DNA from: an uncultured Bacteroidales bacterium
GTDB lineage: Bacteria; Bacteroidota; Bacteroidia; Bacteroidales; FEN-979
Direction of reading: 5' to 3'
DNA: 64,000 bases
Assembly: GCA_963800585.1 (NCBI GenBank)
Contig: CAWDBP010000014.1
Coordinates: 116,413-180,412, forward strand
The position numbers and the translations under genes are program-made. Shown here piece after piece: positions 25,302-36,133 of the stretch. How positions within the stretch are numbered: position 1 is the stretch's first letter; the number at the start of each line of letters is the position of its first letter. The notes beneath the pieces are model-generated. The model was not told the DNA's origin. It did not search any database and saw only the letters and a program-made list of their open reading frames with translations.

Positions 25302-27311
25302 GTTTCCGGGTAGAGCGGATCGTTACCTCCCCGCTCCCCCACAGACCCGGACGAGCAGATTTCCCGCATCCGGTTCCTCAAGTTATGGATTCGCTGCATA
25401 AACAGAGTGAAAGATTTTAGGTTTGGCTAAAACAAAGGTAACCTTTATGAGCGTATTATAGCGATCCCATGTAAAGCCCCTGTTAGAGCGTCTTGAAAGC
25501 CATTTCTTCCAGGTACATGTTACACCCATATAAAATGCACTTAAACTTCGGCTATTGCCTGTAACACCATAGTAACGGTAGTGTCCCAGAAGTTTAGTGT
25601 TTAGCATCTTATATTGGAGAGCTAAGCGCTCATGACAGTTAAATCTGCACCAGTCATTGATCCGGCTTAAACTCCTTTGAAGCCGGTCTTTGGCCGTTTT
25701 CCTCATAACTGTCCAGTACCCTTTCCGGTTTCTGCCCCAATAGTATGTAAAGCCCAGAAAGTTAAACGTTCCACGTTTCCTGTCGTCTTTACTATAACCA
25801 ATGGGCGGTCTTGAGAAGAAAATCAGTTTGGTTTTATCCGGATGAAGCTTTAGCTCGTATCTGGCAAAGCGTTTGGGCAGAACTTTGAAGACCCTCTCGG
25901 CGTCTTCCTTATTCTCAAATCCCAATACACTATCGTCTGCATAGCGTACGATGGTTGCTTTGCCCTTCAATAGGGGTATAATCTCCTCGGCGAACCATTT
26001 GTCCAGCACTTCATGCAGGTAAATGTTGCTCAGCAGAGGTGAGATTACACCGCCCTGCGGGCTGCCTTCATCCTTGTAACTGATAGCTCCTTCTTCCAGA
26101 ACTCCTGCTTTTAACCATTTTCCAATTAATCTTGTGATCACTCCATCTTGCACCCTCTGTTTCAGAAATGACCTTAGGTGTTGATGGTTCATCGTATCGA
26201 AGAACTTTTGGATATCCAGATCGATTACCCAACTTATGTTCTTTGATCCAATCTCCTTCCATAGGTAGTCAACTGCATCATGAGCTGATCTTCCAGGTCT
26301 GAACCCATAGGAGAAATCGAAAAAGTCATTCTCAAAAACTGGTTCCAGCACTTGAAGTACTGCTCGTTGTAAAATACGGTCTTCTATCGTTGGAACGCCT
26401 ATGGGTCGTTGTTCTTTCCCCTTACTCTTGGGAATGTATACACGTTTTACCGGAGGAGCGACATACCTCCCCGATTTAGCACGTTCCAGCAAATCCTCAA
26501 GGTTACTCACGAGGCTTTCCTCATACATCGCCAAAGTTTGGCCATCTACACCTGGACTTGTATCTGGTTTGATCCGCTTGTAAGCTTCCTGCATCCAATC
26601 CATGTCTATGTTGTGATGCAGTGATACCAGTGCTTTGTCCCGGTATTTCTTAGCAATTTCTGCTATTCGATCCTGTTTCGTTGACACATTCATTTGTTCC
26701 TGTGCACACTTTTGTGTTTCTCATTATCGATTCCATAACCCGACGCTCTCCCTTCCCTAATCCCCGGCTCCTTGGGGTATGTTCGCCGGCTTTCAAACGG
26801 TACTATGAAGGCGCTAAGACTGCCTCTGTTCTTCTCCTAACTTCACTCTTCGTTCGTATCGGATACCCCTGACGTGTCTCATCGCTTCGTTTATATCTCA
26901 GGTGAGACGCCTGCGATATACCCGGGCTTAGTTCGACCAGTTGCCCTATTACTGGTTTCTTTTCGTCGGGGAAACAGGAGGCTCTCCCATGTTCCCGTGA
27001 AGCCCTCTTTACATTTGCTCTGTTGTTATACCCCGGACGGATCCTGGCACTCGCCTTAACGTGCTTCAGATACTGTTCCCGCGTTGGTGACAGCGAAAAC
27101 TCCATCAATTGTCTGCCCTTACGAGGCTCGTTTGCACAGCTTTTGTACTCGTTGTCTACGCTTCATGCAAGCATCTCTGCTTACTATGCAAGACTCACTT
27201 CCGGCTGATGGTTAGTCTTTACCGGATAGGATTGATTACCTACTGGGCTTCTTCAAAAGGTTTCAATGAACAACTATATTCCCCTTTTACGGGTTTATCA
27301 TGGCGCAACAC
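25302..27311 (-). mobile_element. group II intron with intron-encoded RT/maturase (boundaries +/- 5 nt)
   Basis: The RT ORF sits in the expected domain IV position, with about 620 nt of 5' RNA (domains I-III). A domain V candidate lies at 25344-25376 (minus: GAACCGGAUGCGG-GAAA-UCUGCUCGUCCGGGUC), followed by a domain VI helix (GAGCGG/CCGCUC) with a bulged A. The 5' end is near GUGUUGCGCC (27311). TCACC octamer units flank it on both sides (25288-25303 and 27312-27326). Confidence 0.8.
25383..26693 (-). CDS. group II intron reverse transcriptase/maturase (no endonuclease domain)
   Basis: 436 aa. RT motifs RPIGVPTIEDRILQRAV, FRPGRSAHDAV and the YADD box (VRYADDSVLGF) are present, plus a maturase domain X (LGFTYYWG..., LLGHYRYYGV). 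The ORF ends without an HNH region. Confidence 0.9.
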   Translation of the reverse strand: MNVSTKQDRIAEIAKKYRDKALVSLHHNIDMDWMQEAYKRIKPDTSPGVDGQTLAMYEESLVSNLEDLLERAKSGRYVAPPVKRVYIPKSKGKEQRPIGVPTIEDRILQRAVLQVLEPVFENDFFDFSYGFRPGRSAHDAVDYLWKEIGSKNISWVIDLDIQKFFDTMNHQHLRSFLKQRVQDGVITRLIGKWLKAGVLEEGAISYKDEGSPQGGVISPLLSNIYLHEVLDKWFAEEIIPLLKGKATIVRYADDSVLGFENKEDAERVFKVLPKRFARYELKLHPDKTKLIFFSRPPIGYSKDDRKRGTFNFLGFTYYWGRNRKGYWTVMRKTAKDRLQRSLSRINDWCRFNCHERLALQYKMLNTKLLGHYRYYGVTGNSRSLSAFYMGVTCTWKKWLSRRSNRGFTWDRYNTLIKVTFVLAKPKIFHSVYAANP

Positions 27312-27326
27312 CAATTCACCAGTTAT

Positions 27327-30300
27327 TTAATATTCCTGCCACGCCTTGATCTCCAGGTCCTCCGGCTTAAGCTTGCAGAAAGCCATTACAAAGACATTCG
27401 CCAGGTTGGCATTGGTGATCAGCGGGATATTGAAGTCGATGGCTGCGCGCCGGATAGTATAATCATTATAAAGTTCATCCTTTGAGAGGTTCTTCGGGAT
27501 ATTTATCACAAGGTCGATCCGGTGTTCTTTCAAGTATTCCATCACATTGGGAGTGGCATCTTCGTCGGGCCAGTGAAGAATGGTGGTGTCAATGCCATTT
27601 TCCAGCAGGAACTCTGCCGTTCCCTTCGTAGCGAAAATATGGAATTGTTTTTCTGCCAACATCTTGCAACCCTCCAGCAGGATGGTCTTGGATTTCACGG
27701 GACCTGATGAGATGAGGATGTTCTTTTCCGGTATCCGGTATCCTACGGAAAGCATTGATTTTAGTACGGCCTCGTAAACGGTGTCGCCAATGCAACCTAC
27801 TTCACCGGTAGAAGCCATATCGACCCCCAGCATCGGGTCGGCCTTTTGAAGCCGCGAGAAGGAAAACTGGGGGGCCTTCACCCCGATATAATCAATATCG
27901 AAGAAGGATTTGTCAGGCTTGTCAAACGGAATGCCAAGCATGACCCGGGTGGCGATATCAATGAAATTTATCTTCAGGACCTTGGAAACGAACGGGAAAC
28001 TGCGTGAAGCCCTCAGGTTGCATTCAATAACTTTAATATCATTGTCCTTGGCAAGAAACTGAATGTTGAAGGGCCCTGATATCTGTAAAGACCTGGCAAT
28101 GTCGCGGCTGATGCGTTTAATACGGCGAACGGTTTCAACATAGATCTTCTGCGGAGGGAAAATAATCGTTGCATCACCTGAATGAACGCCTGCAAACTCG
28201 ATATGCTCGGAGATGGCATAAGCCACAATTTCCCCTTCTTTTGCTACTGCATCGATCTCGATCTCCTTGGCTTCCTGGATAAATTCTGAAACAACAACAG
28301 GGTGGTCCTTGGATACATTTGTTGCCAGCGTAAGAAAATGCTCCAGCTCGCTTTTGTTCGAAACCACGTTCATGGCAGCACCGGAAAGTACATAAGAGGG
28401 ACGGATCAATACGGGAAAGCCAACATGTTCGGTAAAAATAAAAACATCCTCCAATGTCGTAAGTTCCTTCCACCGGGGTTGGTCAATCTCCAGCCGGTCG
28501 AGCATGGAAGAGAATTTATGACGGTCTTCGGCATTGTCAATTGAAACGGGGGATGATCCCAGTACCGGCACGTTTTGCTTGTAAAGCCGCATGGCAAGAT
28601 TGTTTGGTATCTGGCCCCCCATGGAAAGAATGACCCCTTTGGGATTCTCCAGGTCGATGATATCCATCACCCGTTCAAACGAAAGCTCATCAAAATACAG
28701 CCGGTCGCAGATGTCATAATCCGTACTGACAGTTTCCGGATTATAATTGATCATGATCGACCGGTAACCTGCATCCTTCACCGCATTCAGTGTATTAACG
28801 CTGCACCAGTCGAACTCGACAGAGCTCCCGATACGGTAAGCTCCACTGCCAAGAACGATCACCGAACCCCGGTCATCCGGAAAATCAACATCATGTTCAC
28901 TGCCGCTGTACGTGAGGTAGAGGTAGTTGGTTTGTGCAGGATATTCCGCTGCCAGGGTATCAATCTGCCTGACATAGGGAATGATATTTCTTTCTTTCCG
29001 GTATTCCCTGATCTTCAGCATATCCGGTTCAGGATTCTTTACTTCCGATTTGAATACCAGCCGGGCAAGCTGGAAATCGGAAAAGCCTGATCGCTTGGCA
29101 TCCAGGATCAATTCGTCAGGAACATCCCTGATATCATTATAATCTTCAAGGCTTTGCCCCGTGTCGAATATATTTTTCAAACGATAGAGGAACCATTTAT
29201 CGATCCGTGTCAGTTCCCAGATCCGTTCAACTGAATAACCTTCTGCAAAAGCCTGGGCAATGAAAAAGATCCTGACATCCGTTGGATGGGAAAGCTCATT
29301 TTCGAGGTCCCTGGCAAGTAATTCGTGGTTGCCGATCAGGCCATGCATCCCCTGCCCTATCATTCGCAGACCCTTTTGAATGGCCTCTTCAAATGTGCGC
29401 CCGATAGCCATGATCTCACCTACGCTCTTCATGCTCGATCCCAGCTCTTTCGATACACCGACAAACTTGCCCAGGTCCCAGCGCGGGATCTTGCATACGA
29501 TATAATCCAGGGCCGGTTCAAAGCAAGCCGTCGTGGTCCGGGTCACGGAATTCTTCAGTTCATGCAGTCCATATCCCAATGCCAGTTTGGCAGCGACGAA
29601 AGCCAGAGGATATCCCGTAGCCTTGGAGGCAAGCGCTGAAGACCTGGACAGCCGGGCATTCACTTCGATAACCCGGTAGTCTTCCGACTCTGGGTCGAGG
29701 GCGTACTGGATATTGCACTCCCCGATGACGCCCAGATGGCGGATTACCCTGATTGACAACTCACGCAGCTTGTAATATTCAAGGTTGGAAAGGGTTTGCG
29801 AAGGAGCTACTACGATGCTTTCACCGGTATGAATGCCCAAGCGGATCGAAAGTTCTCCATGTTGCATACCGTGATGCAGTTGTCGTGCCGGTCGCGGACG
29901 ACCTCATATTCTATTTCTTTCCAGCCTTTCAATGATTCTTCAACAAGGATCTGGTTGGAATAAGAAAATGCCTTGGCGACGAGCAAGTCGAGATCTTTCT
30001 CGTTGGAACAGAACCCGCTTCCCTGTCCTCCTAATGCAAAGGCAGCCCTTACGATCAGCGGGTAGCCGATCTGCTTCTGCCGCCTTCCTGGCGCTCTCTG
30101 CATTGGTGACTGCCACGCTTCTGGGTGTCCCACCTGGATCTCATCCAGCTTTCTGCAAAAGAGTTCCCTGTCCTCTGTGCTGATGATGGTCTCGACGGGG
30201 GTCCCAAGCACCCTTACCCCATACTTTTCGAAGACACCTGCCCTGTATAAGGAAACCCCGCAGTTGAGCGCGGTCTGCCCGCCGAAAGCAAGCAGCAGCC

Positions 30301-31631
30301 CGTCGGGATTTTCTTTCTTAATAACTTGTTCCGTAAAATAGGGTGTCACAGGCAGAAAATAAACCTTGTCGGCAATCTTTTCGGAGGTTTGGATAGTTGC
30401 GATGTTCGGGTTGATCAGTATAGTCTCAATCCCTTCTTCCTTCAGGGCTTTCAATGCCTGTGAACCGGAATAGTCGAACTCGCCGGCTTCACCGATCTTA
30501 AGCGCCCCTGAACCCAGGATAAGTACTTTATGGATTCCTTCGGTCATTTTCTTTCTCATTTTGAAAGATCTGACAAGATCCATAAAATCATCAAAGAGAA
30601 ACTTGGTATCGGTAGGTCCGCCTGAGGCTTCAGGATGGAACTGCGTCGAGAAAAAAGGATTCTTCTTATGCCGTATTCCTTCGTTGCTTCCATCGTTAAG
30701 GTTAATAAAAAACGGCTCCCAATCCTTTCCAAGGTTCGCGGGATCAACTGCGAATCCATGGTTCTGACTGAAGTAATATACGTCTTCATAGTGCCAAGCA
30801 TAACGGACAGGCTGGTTATATCCCCGGTGTCCATACTTCAGTTTATAGGTGGTGGCCCCTGCAGCAATGGAAAGGAGCTGGTTCCCAAGGCAAATGCCGA
30901 AAATGGGTTTGCCTAGGGTGATGGCATTTTTCAGGATTCCCGATCGTTTCCCTGCAAACCTGGGGATCGCCCGGGTCCATTGGAGATACCAGCCCGTCAT
31001 ATTCATCCTGCGTAAAATCATAATCCCATGGAACCCTGATCACGGTTGCCCCGGTATTCATCAGGCAACGGATGATGTTGTTCTTTACCCCGCAATCAGC
31101 AAGAATGATCTGTGATTCATTGCCGGGGTAAATAATTTTTTCCTTAACGGTGACCTGTGCTACAAGGTTATCTTTATTCGGGTCGTAGAAGTCCACCTCA
31201 TTTTCATCTTTTTGGTATAGCTTCCCTAGCATGGTTCCCTCTTCACGAAGCCGCTTGACAATGGCGCGTGTGTCGATCCCGCTGATCCCAGGGACATCAT
31301 GCTCAAGGAGCCAGTCTGAAAGGTTCTCCAATGCATTCCAGTGGCTGTATTCCGCGGTGTAGCTTGAAATGACAAGTCCTGACACATGGATCCGGTCTGA
31401 CTCGAAAGAAGTTGAAAGATTTTCCTTTATGGCTTTACCCGGTACCCCATAATTCCCGATCAGCGGATAGGTCAGTACAAGAATCTGGCCTTTGTAGGAA
31501 GGATCAGTAAGGCTTTCGGGATAGCCGGTCATGGCAGTGTTGAAAACTACCTCTCCTGAAACGGAACGCAATGCCCCAAAAGGTTTTCCCGTTACGCGGG
31601 TTCCATCATTAAGCAGGAGTTGTGCCACCAA
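27327..31631 (-). pseudogene. carAB: carbamoyl-phosphate synthase, small (CarA) and large (CarB) subunits in one continuous frame; at least 3 frame breaks
   Basis: ORF 30843-31631 is the CarA N-terminus. ORF 29810-31021 carries the CarA GATase ([14 protein letters not shown]) running without a stop into the CarB N-terminus ([25 protein letters not shown]). ORF 27327-29867 is the rest of CarB (846 aa, second ATP-grasp and MGS-like domain). Confidence 0.9.
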
Positions 31632-31698
31632 TTTCTGATATCAAGATTTTCCGGGCAGTAAAAGTACGATAAGAATCGAATTCTGCCCCGCGTGAAGG

Positions 31699-32686
31699 CT
31701 AATCCTTAATAGAAGTTACTAACAGTTCTGACAGTTGCCATAGTTTTTCTCCGTTCCCGGGATCAAGGGCCTTTTCATCTGCCTCCTTGCGGCTCATCAG
31801 GAACAGGTAATCGAAAGGTTCATTTTCAAGGTCAGGGGAAGCAGCCAGGTAAACAACCGGTATTGCCGCCCTGGCAGGTGACCTGAAGAAGATTGCAAAG
31901 ATAAGTTTCATCAGCGGCTGGAATATCCTGGGGGCTTCCCTGCCAATATTGGAGTTGACCGGGCCCGGGACAAAGAGCGAAAACCGAACAGGTCAATTTA
32001 CCGGTATTCAGCCGTCGTGATAATTCAACAGCAAAAGTGGTGAGGAGCAGCTTGTAGTACCCGTAAAGCTCAAGGCTCTTGCTGATGGTATACTCCCTGT
32101 AAACCCCGAAGGAATCCCAGTCAAATGTTTTCGGGTTACGGTGCGTTTCGGAAGCTACGAACACAATCCTTGGGTGGTTTGGACCGGAATGACGGAAGCA
32201 ATTTTCCTTTAACAGGAGGTTCACAAAAATGAACTTTGACAAATAGTTCACCATGAACATCTCCTCGAGTCCCTGGGGCGTTTTACGGCTTTTCTTCGGA
32301 ACAAGGCCTGCATTGCAGATGAGGATATCAATTTGTCCGAATTGATCGCGGATGCTGGATACCAGCCTGCGGATCGATGCCACATCAGAATAATCGACCG
32401 GTAACATATGAATGTCGCCTGATCCTGAAAGTCTTTTTACTTCCTCTCCTTTCCCTGGGATGCCGCTACGGCAGGCCATGATCACCTTTGCTCCCCTTCG
32501 TGCAACTTCTACGGCCACTGCAAACCCGAGTCCGGAACTTGCCCCGTCAACTAAGACAGTCTTTCCATCGAGGCGGTCGGCCGGCTTTAACATCCCTGCC
32601 GGTTCATGTTTCCGGAAGAGATCCATGATCCCGGTAAGTGTTGCTGTGAAAGGATTCCCATATTTATCCTGTTTTTTATCGGCCAT
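31699..32686 (-). pseudogene. SDR-family oxidoreductase (one frame break near 31830-31910)
   Basis: TVLVDGASSGLGFAVAVEVARRGAKVIMACRS (TGxxxGxG-type Rossmann motif). The start is set at MADKKQ (32686). The C-terminus continues in ORF 31699-31911. Confidence 0.75.
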
Positions 32687-33930
32687 AGTGTGTCGAGATG
32701 AATTGCCTGTAACGGCTTGTATATCTGTCAATATCGTCTTCTGTCAGGCCAAAATCCGCCAGTGAATACTGGTGCGAACCATATTTCCTGTGTGGGTGTT
32801 CCTTTTCATGTTCCTCAAAGCGTTTGTTCAATGCGGGGGTCAATCCTCCATCCAAAGAATAGATCCGTGAGAGTTCGTTCTCCGAATTCCTGATCAGGTC
32901 GTCATAATATATGTCGGTAAATTTCGACTCATTATTGTCTTTTAAACGGTAATCCAGGGCTTTATCCAGCATATAACCCGTTTTTCTGACCCAGTGTGCA
33001 GCGATTCTCCGTTCATCGACATTATCGCTGAAGATCATATGATTATAGGTCACCATGCTCAGGAAGGAAGGGATTGATTCATAAACCCTGCGGTGAGGCC
33101 AGAGAAAATGAACTTCTCCAAAGTATTTTTCGATAAGGTCGGGAAATTCCAGGTGATGAGGTGTTTTAAGTACCCAGCGTTTTGCCGGTTTTCTCCATTG
33201 CAGAAATTTCAGGAGTTTGACTGCATAGGCATAGGCCTCTGATTGATCGGTCTTTTCGAGCCATGCTGCATAAGAAGGCACATTCATCATGGCTTCCGTG
33301 GTGGTACTTAAAAAGCTCACATCCAGAAGCAGGATATCCTCTTCGGGCTCATAAACGTCGATCGGATGAATGGCAAAAAAACCGGGTGACATCAATTTAA
33401 CGGCCCTGACTGACATTTTTGCAACAGCAATCCGTTTATCTTCAGCCATCTCATCTAATGTGAGAGGGATTGGATTGATGACCTCCCAACTGGGGATCAC
33501 CCGGTGATCGGGATCAGCAGCCAGCAAACGTTGCAGCTTCGTGGTGCCCGTTCGTTGCAGTCCAACAATGATCCAGGCAGGATATAATGGTTGATCAAGG
33601 ATCTCAGGATAACGACTGAAAGAAATATTCGGCCCGCAGCCGGATACTCAAAAGACTGATGAATCGCTGATGTGTGATGAACCTTCCCACCGGGTGAAGG
33701 TCGGCTTCTTCATTTACCGATCATAAAAGCTTTTCCAGGGGTTCATCAGAAAAATCTTTTCCCAGGTCTGTAAGACCTGTCATTTTCCTCGCTGCCTTTA
33801 TCAGCTCATCCTTATCAAGTTTTATTTTCGTGCCGAGAAAATAGGTAGCCCTCCAGGAACCATTCAGCATCGAAAACCAGAGAGGCCGTTTTTCAAAATC
33901 CCCGGAGTGGGTAATTCAGTCAGAATTCAT
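32676..33930 (-). pseudogene. PAPS-dependent sulfotransferase family protein (frame breaks plus in-frame TGA)
   Basis: ORF 32676-33527 carries the body (VLKTPHHLEFPDLIEKYF..., LWPHRR). Upstream frames carry the PAPS P-loop (IIVGLQRTGTTKLQRLLAADPD) and an N-terminal region (AARKMTGLTDLGKDFSDEPLEKLL-TGA-SVNEEADLHPVGRF). Confidence 0.75.
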
Positions 33931-33939
33931 ATTTTAAAG

Positions 33940-35153
33940 TTAGTCTTTTAATTTTATAGTATTTGAAAGAGAAGATAGTTCAGTTGACTTTATTACCCTG
34001 CACGATGGGGTTACGGGTTGTTCTCCTGGCTTCAGACGGTACCAGCGCCAGCACATGGTACCTTCATTATGACCGGCCGTTTCTATCCAATTGGGGATGC
34101 CGGGGTCGCTTGTGGAATACAACCACGGTTACGCTTCCATCTGCATTACTGACCGCAGTAGCTTTATTTATACAGACATGAAAATAACGGTAATCAAGCG
34201 ATTCCATCCAATAGTTGTCCAGTTGGAAATTCCATGAATCGCAGGCGGGGGGATTCACGTCTATTATCAAGGCTTCATCTGACGCCAGCTTCCAGTGACT
34301 GTGATAATAAAAGATACCCGGATCACCTCCCACTTCATTGGATGTATCCGGATCGAACAACGGAAGCTGGTTGGTGTGATTTTGAAATCCTTTTGCCCAC
34401 CTGGCAAACAGAAGTGGCGCTCCTGCAACAAAGAGGGATGCTGTTTTAAGTCCTTCATCAATCATTGCAGGCGTAACAGGATCAGGAGCCTTTCTTCCAT
34501 CCAGATTCTCAATGTGCAGTTCGGCAGCTACTTCAACGAAACGGTTTGAGAAGGTCTGTCTTACGATCAGTAATGAGGTTTCATCTTCAATCTTTAACCA
34601 GTTCTTTCCTTTTTTTGTCTTACTCAGAATTATTTCGAAAGTGCCATCAGGCATGACTTCCAACTCAGTATGCTCCAGCTTGCCGCATGGAGCAAGTTTC
34701 CCGGTGGTGCCATAATTTCCGTTCTGAGTAAAAAAACCAAGGTAATGAACCGTATTTCTTTTCCCTGTAATACGATACTCATGGTTCGCCGCTTATCTGA
34801 GCGTTGAAGTAATAGTTGTCGGGGTTATCTGCCCCCATCTTCACAGTTTCATGAACCATTCTCCGGAGAACAGGGAATGAAGGATCACTATATTCAACAT
34901 ATGCCTCCAGGCCTGCCCGGGTAAGCCGGGTTAGGTAACGCAATCCCTCCGCCTGCTGGAAAGGATCGGTTGGGACTCCCGGATACATCAATGCGGCCCC
35001 TGCAGCTTTCAGCTGATCACAAAATTCTTCCCATGATTTTCCGGTAACCACCCTTTTGGAATGGATGTCTTCCTCTTTTATTCCCCTGATCTTCAGAAGT
35101 AATTGCCTGAAAAATTTCAGGATTCTTAAAAATAGAAACAACAAACTCCTCAT
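33940..35153 (-). pseudogene. conserved hypothetical protein, DUF1214-like (family name from memory, uncertain); several frame breaks
   Basis: Pieces 34779-35153 (AEGLRYLTRLTRAGLEAYVEYSDPSFPVLRRMVHETVKMGADNPDNYY), 34067-34663 and 33940-34122 (DPGIPNWIETAGHNEGTMCWRWY) read as one protein. Confidence 0.55.
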
Positions 35154-35291
35154 AGTGAAAAGAAATAGCTATTATTGCACCTTACAAGAAGAAACTGGTA
35201 ATGACCAAATCCCTCTCCCTTCTTCCTTCCTCCCTTTCTGGTGAGGGGCATTGGATGGTGAGGCTATTGAAAAGCAAAGTTAGAAATTTTC

Positions 35292-36092
35292 ATGAATAAC
35301 CTGGTTTTACGTTATGGAAATTGGGCATTTATTGCTGGTGCGGCCGAAGGTATAGGCGCAGCTTTTGCAGTTGCCCTCGCAAGACAGGGAATGAATCTCA
35401 TTCTTGCAGATTATAATCTTCCTTCACTGAATGCACTGGCAGATGAATTAGAACAAGCCCGGGGGATAAAGACAATTCGTATTTTTCAGGATCTTTCTGT
35501 GGAGAATGCCAGTTCGTACTGCTTTGAAAAAATCAAAGTCGTTGACTTCAGGTTGATGATCTATATTCCTGCTTTCAGTCCGGTCGGGAGATTCACAGAA
35601 TATACAGCAGAGGATATCGACCGGTTTCTTTCACTCAACACACGGACTCCTGTTCATCTTATTCACACATTTTTAAAGAGCAGGCCCGATGGACAACGAT
35701 GCGGAATTATCCTGATGTCCTCTCTTGCCGGGATGCTGGGGCCTGCACTGGCTGCGCCTTATGCGGCAACAAAAGCCTTTTCGCTGATTCTCTCCGAATC
35801 GTTATTTTATGAACTTAAGAAAGATAAGGTCGATATATTAGCCTGTTGCGCCGGTCCTACCTTTACCCCGACTTATTGGAGCAGCAATCCCGGGAAACAA
35901 AGTAAACTCATTGATATCATGCAGCCTGGTGAAGTTGCTGAATATGCTTTAAAAATGCTTGGGAAAAGATCATTTTGTATTCCGGGGTGGAAAAACAGGT
36001 TATTTTATTTTTTTCTCACCCGGTTAATACCAAGAAAAACAGCAGGAAATCTCGTCAGCAAATCCATGATAAAGATGTACAACCATCTATAA
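35292..36092 (+). CDS. SDR-family oxidoreductase
   Basis: Intact 266-aa ORF with FIAGAAEGIGAAFAVALARQGMNLILAD (Rossmann motif) and YAATKAF (YxxxK active site). Confidence 0.85.
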   Translation: MNNLVLRYGNWAFIAGAAEGIGAAFAVALARQGMNLILADYNLPSLNALADELEQARGIKTIRIFQDLSVENASSYCFEKIKVVDFRLMIYIPAFSPVGRFTEYTAEDIDRFLSLNTRTPVHLIHTFLKSRPDGQRCGIILMSSLAGMLGPALAAPYAATKAFSLILSESLFYELKKDKVDILACCAGPTFTPTYWSSNPGKQSKLIDIMQPGEVAEYALKMLGKRSFCIPGWKNRLFYFFLTRLIPRKTAGNLVSKSMIKMYNHL

Positions 36093-36133
36093 AGATGTTT
36101 GCACCAACGATTAGAAAAAAGATTACCCGGCTG

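Noticed and set aside
25383-26693. Reverse transcriptase as a retron, DGR or defence-associated RT
   Set aside because: It has a maturase domain X and sits inside RNA with a recognisable domain V/VI and a 5' leader of about 620 nt. There is no template/variable repeat pair, no msr/msd-like structure and no adjacent effector gene.
33721-33723. Genome-wide TGA reassignment (code 4 or 25) as an explanation for in-frame TGA codons
   Set aside because: TGA terminates well-conserved genes at the expected positions, including trxB (3690), prolyl oligopeptidase (13904), the RluA-family gene (54013) and the DUF4271-like gene. TGA is therefore a normal stop codon in this organism.
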